IMG/VR virus record: IMGVR_UViG_3300048837_000495
Span: 1-59,151 of that record
Length of the DNA: 59,151 bases
From: a virus
Lineage: Duplodnaviria > Caudoviricetes
Direction: 5' to 3' (one strand)
Part shown: piece after piece, positions 58,311 through 59,151 of the stretch
Position numbering within the stretch: position 1 is the stretch's first letter
How the letters are laid out: each line of letters opens with the position of its first letter
Translations under genes and position numbers: made by a program
Notes under the pieces: model-generated
Database searches by the model: none
Told to the model about the DNA's origin: nothing
The model's input: only the letters and a program-made list of their open reading frames with translations

Positions 58311-58323
58311 CGTTTCCGCTCCC

Positions 58324-58518
58324 TCATTTAATTTTCGTTGATATAAACCGCCCGGTCAAACAATGGCGATGGACAAGTTTTTTGCTTTCGAGAAAAGCGA
58401 CCGCATATTGTTTCCCCGATCCAAGCACCAGGGCAATATCGGTTGCCCGCTCGATAGTATATACTCGGCCGTTGATTTTTGTAACGTGTTGGAGTGTCAT
58501 TGTCGCCACCTCATTCAA
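58324..58518 (-). CDS. Hypothetical protein
   Basis: 64-aa ORF; HRHCLTGRFIS. Confidence 0.55.
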   Translation of the reverse strand: MNEVATMTLQHVTKINGRVYTIERATDIALVLGSGKQYAVAFLESKKLVHRHCLTGRFISTKIK

Positions 58519-58885
58519 TACGTTTTAGCTGTTCTCGCCAGGTATTCACGGCAGGGTTATTACTATAATCGTTATCGCGGTAAATCTTGCTGTACTTGTT
58601 AAGTACTACGGTAAGGCTATCTTCTGTAGCAGTTTCGGTAAATGCGAATAATCCAGGATAAACTTCCATATATACGTAGTACAAGTGCTTATAGCTCGCC
58701 ATAGTACAATCGGTTTTTTGATATTTAACTTTGTTGCCTTTTGTGTCGAGATAGTAATTGCGCTCAACTATAGCAAAGGATACGTGATTCGCAGTTAAAA
58801 ATGTAAATGGTTTAGCTGGTACGGTATGAATCCATGGACCGGTTTTTATATTCATCCCTTGGATGTCGATATGCTTTCTTTTCAT
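58511..58885 (-). CDS. Hypothetical early protein
   Basis: First ORF after the leftward promoter; SD GAGG. Confidence 0.65.
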   Translation of the reverse strand: MKRKHIDIQGMNIKTGPWIHTVPAKPFTFLTANHVSFAIVERNYYLDTKGNKVKYQKTDCTMASYKHLYYVYMEVYPGLFAFTETATEDSLTVVLNKYSKIYRDNDYSNNPAVNTWREQLKRIE

Positions 58886-58935
58886 CGTCGTTACCTCATT
58901 CCAAATTGGTCTTGTGTTACATCCTTTATGCTTTA

Positions 58936-58964
58936 ACTATATAACGTCCGTATCATACCGTCAA
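58936..58964 (-). promoter_or_regulatory. Near-consensus sigma70 promoter driving the early arm
   Basis: TTGACG-17bp-TATAGT. Confidence 0.7.
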
Positions 58965-59016
58965 GGATAAAATGTATAGCGTGTAACATTTTTATATTTT
59001 GATTCGGGGCGGGGTA

Positions 59017-59151
59017 TCGGTTGCTCGGTTGCTCGGTTGCTCGGTTGCTCGGTTGCTCGGTTGCTCGGTTGCTCGGTTGCTCGGTTGCTCGGTTGCTCGG
59101 TTGCTCGGTTGCTCGGTTGCTCGGTTGCTCGGTTGCTCGGTTGCTCGGTTG
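59017..59151. repeat. Right terminal tandem array of octamer GGTTGCTC (~17 units, runs off the window)
   Basis: Directly visible; same orientation as the left array. Confidence 0.97.

Noticed and set aside
1-59151. Genome-wide stop-codon reassignment
   Set aside because: Long genes are intact in the standard code and TAG, TGA and TAA all terminate genes; only one internal TAG was found
1-59151. Diversity-generating retroelement, integrase/att site, protelomerase or virion RNA polymerase
   Set aside because: No reverse transcriptase, recombinase or RNAP motifs recognised, and no TR/VR pair seen

Overview
The window looks like an essentially complete ~59-kb tailed dsDNA bacteriophage genome, probably podovirus-like, with an N4-gp56-type major capsid protein and no tape measure, sheath, integrase or RNA polymerase recognised. 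Both ends carry tandem arrays of the octamer GGTTGCTC in the same orientation. The + strand arm (345-37736) encodes a ParB-like protein, a probable small terminase, a first tail/appendage module, lysis genes, a metallophosphoesterase, an intein-interrupted large terminase, portal, scaffold, capsid, head-tail and tail proteins, a second appendage module and large ejection-type proteins. The - strand arm (37724-58885) encodes early and replication genes: a pentapeptide-repeat protein, XRE regulators, family A DNA polymerase, PD-(D/E)xK, DEDD and VRR-NUC nucleases, SNF2-type helicase, primase-DUF927, ThyX, DUF6378-like and MazG-like proteins and a C5 methyltransferase. The most notable observations are: (1) a C5 methyltransferase split over two overlapping frames, the alternative frame carrying motif IX and four W-[PG]-TP modules; (2) a ~1-kb structured non-coding locus with two aberrant tRNA-like elements; (3) the terminal octamer arrays; (4) a well-formed gene with an in-frame amber codon; (5) a 35-bp inverted repeat and a family of sigma70 promoters sharing a GTAAC box. 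All functional calls come from motif recognition by eye; no database searches were run.
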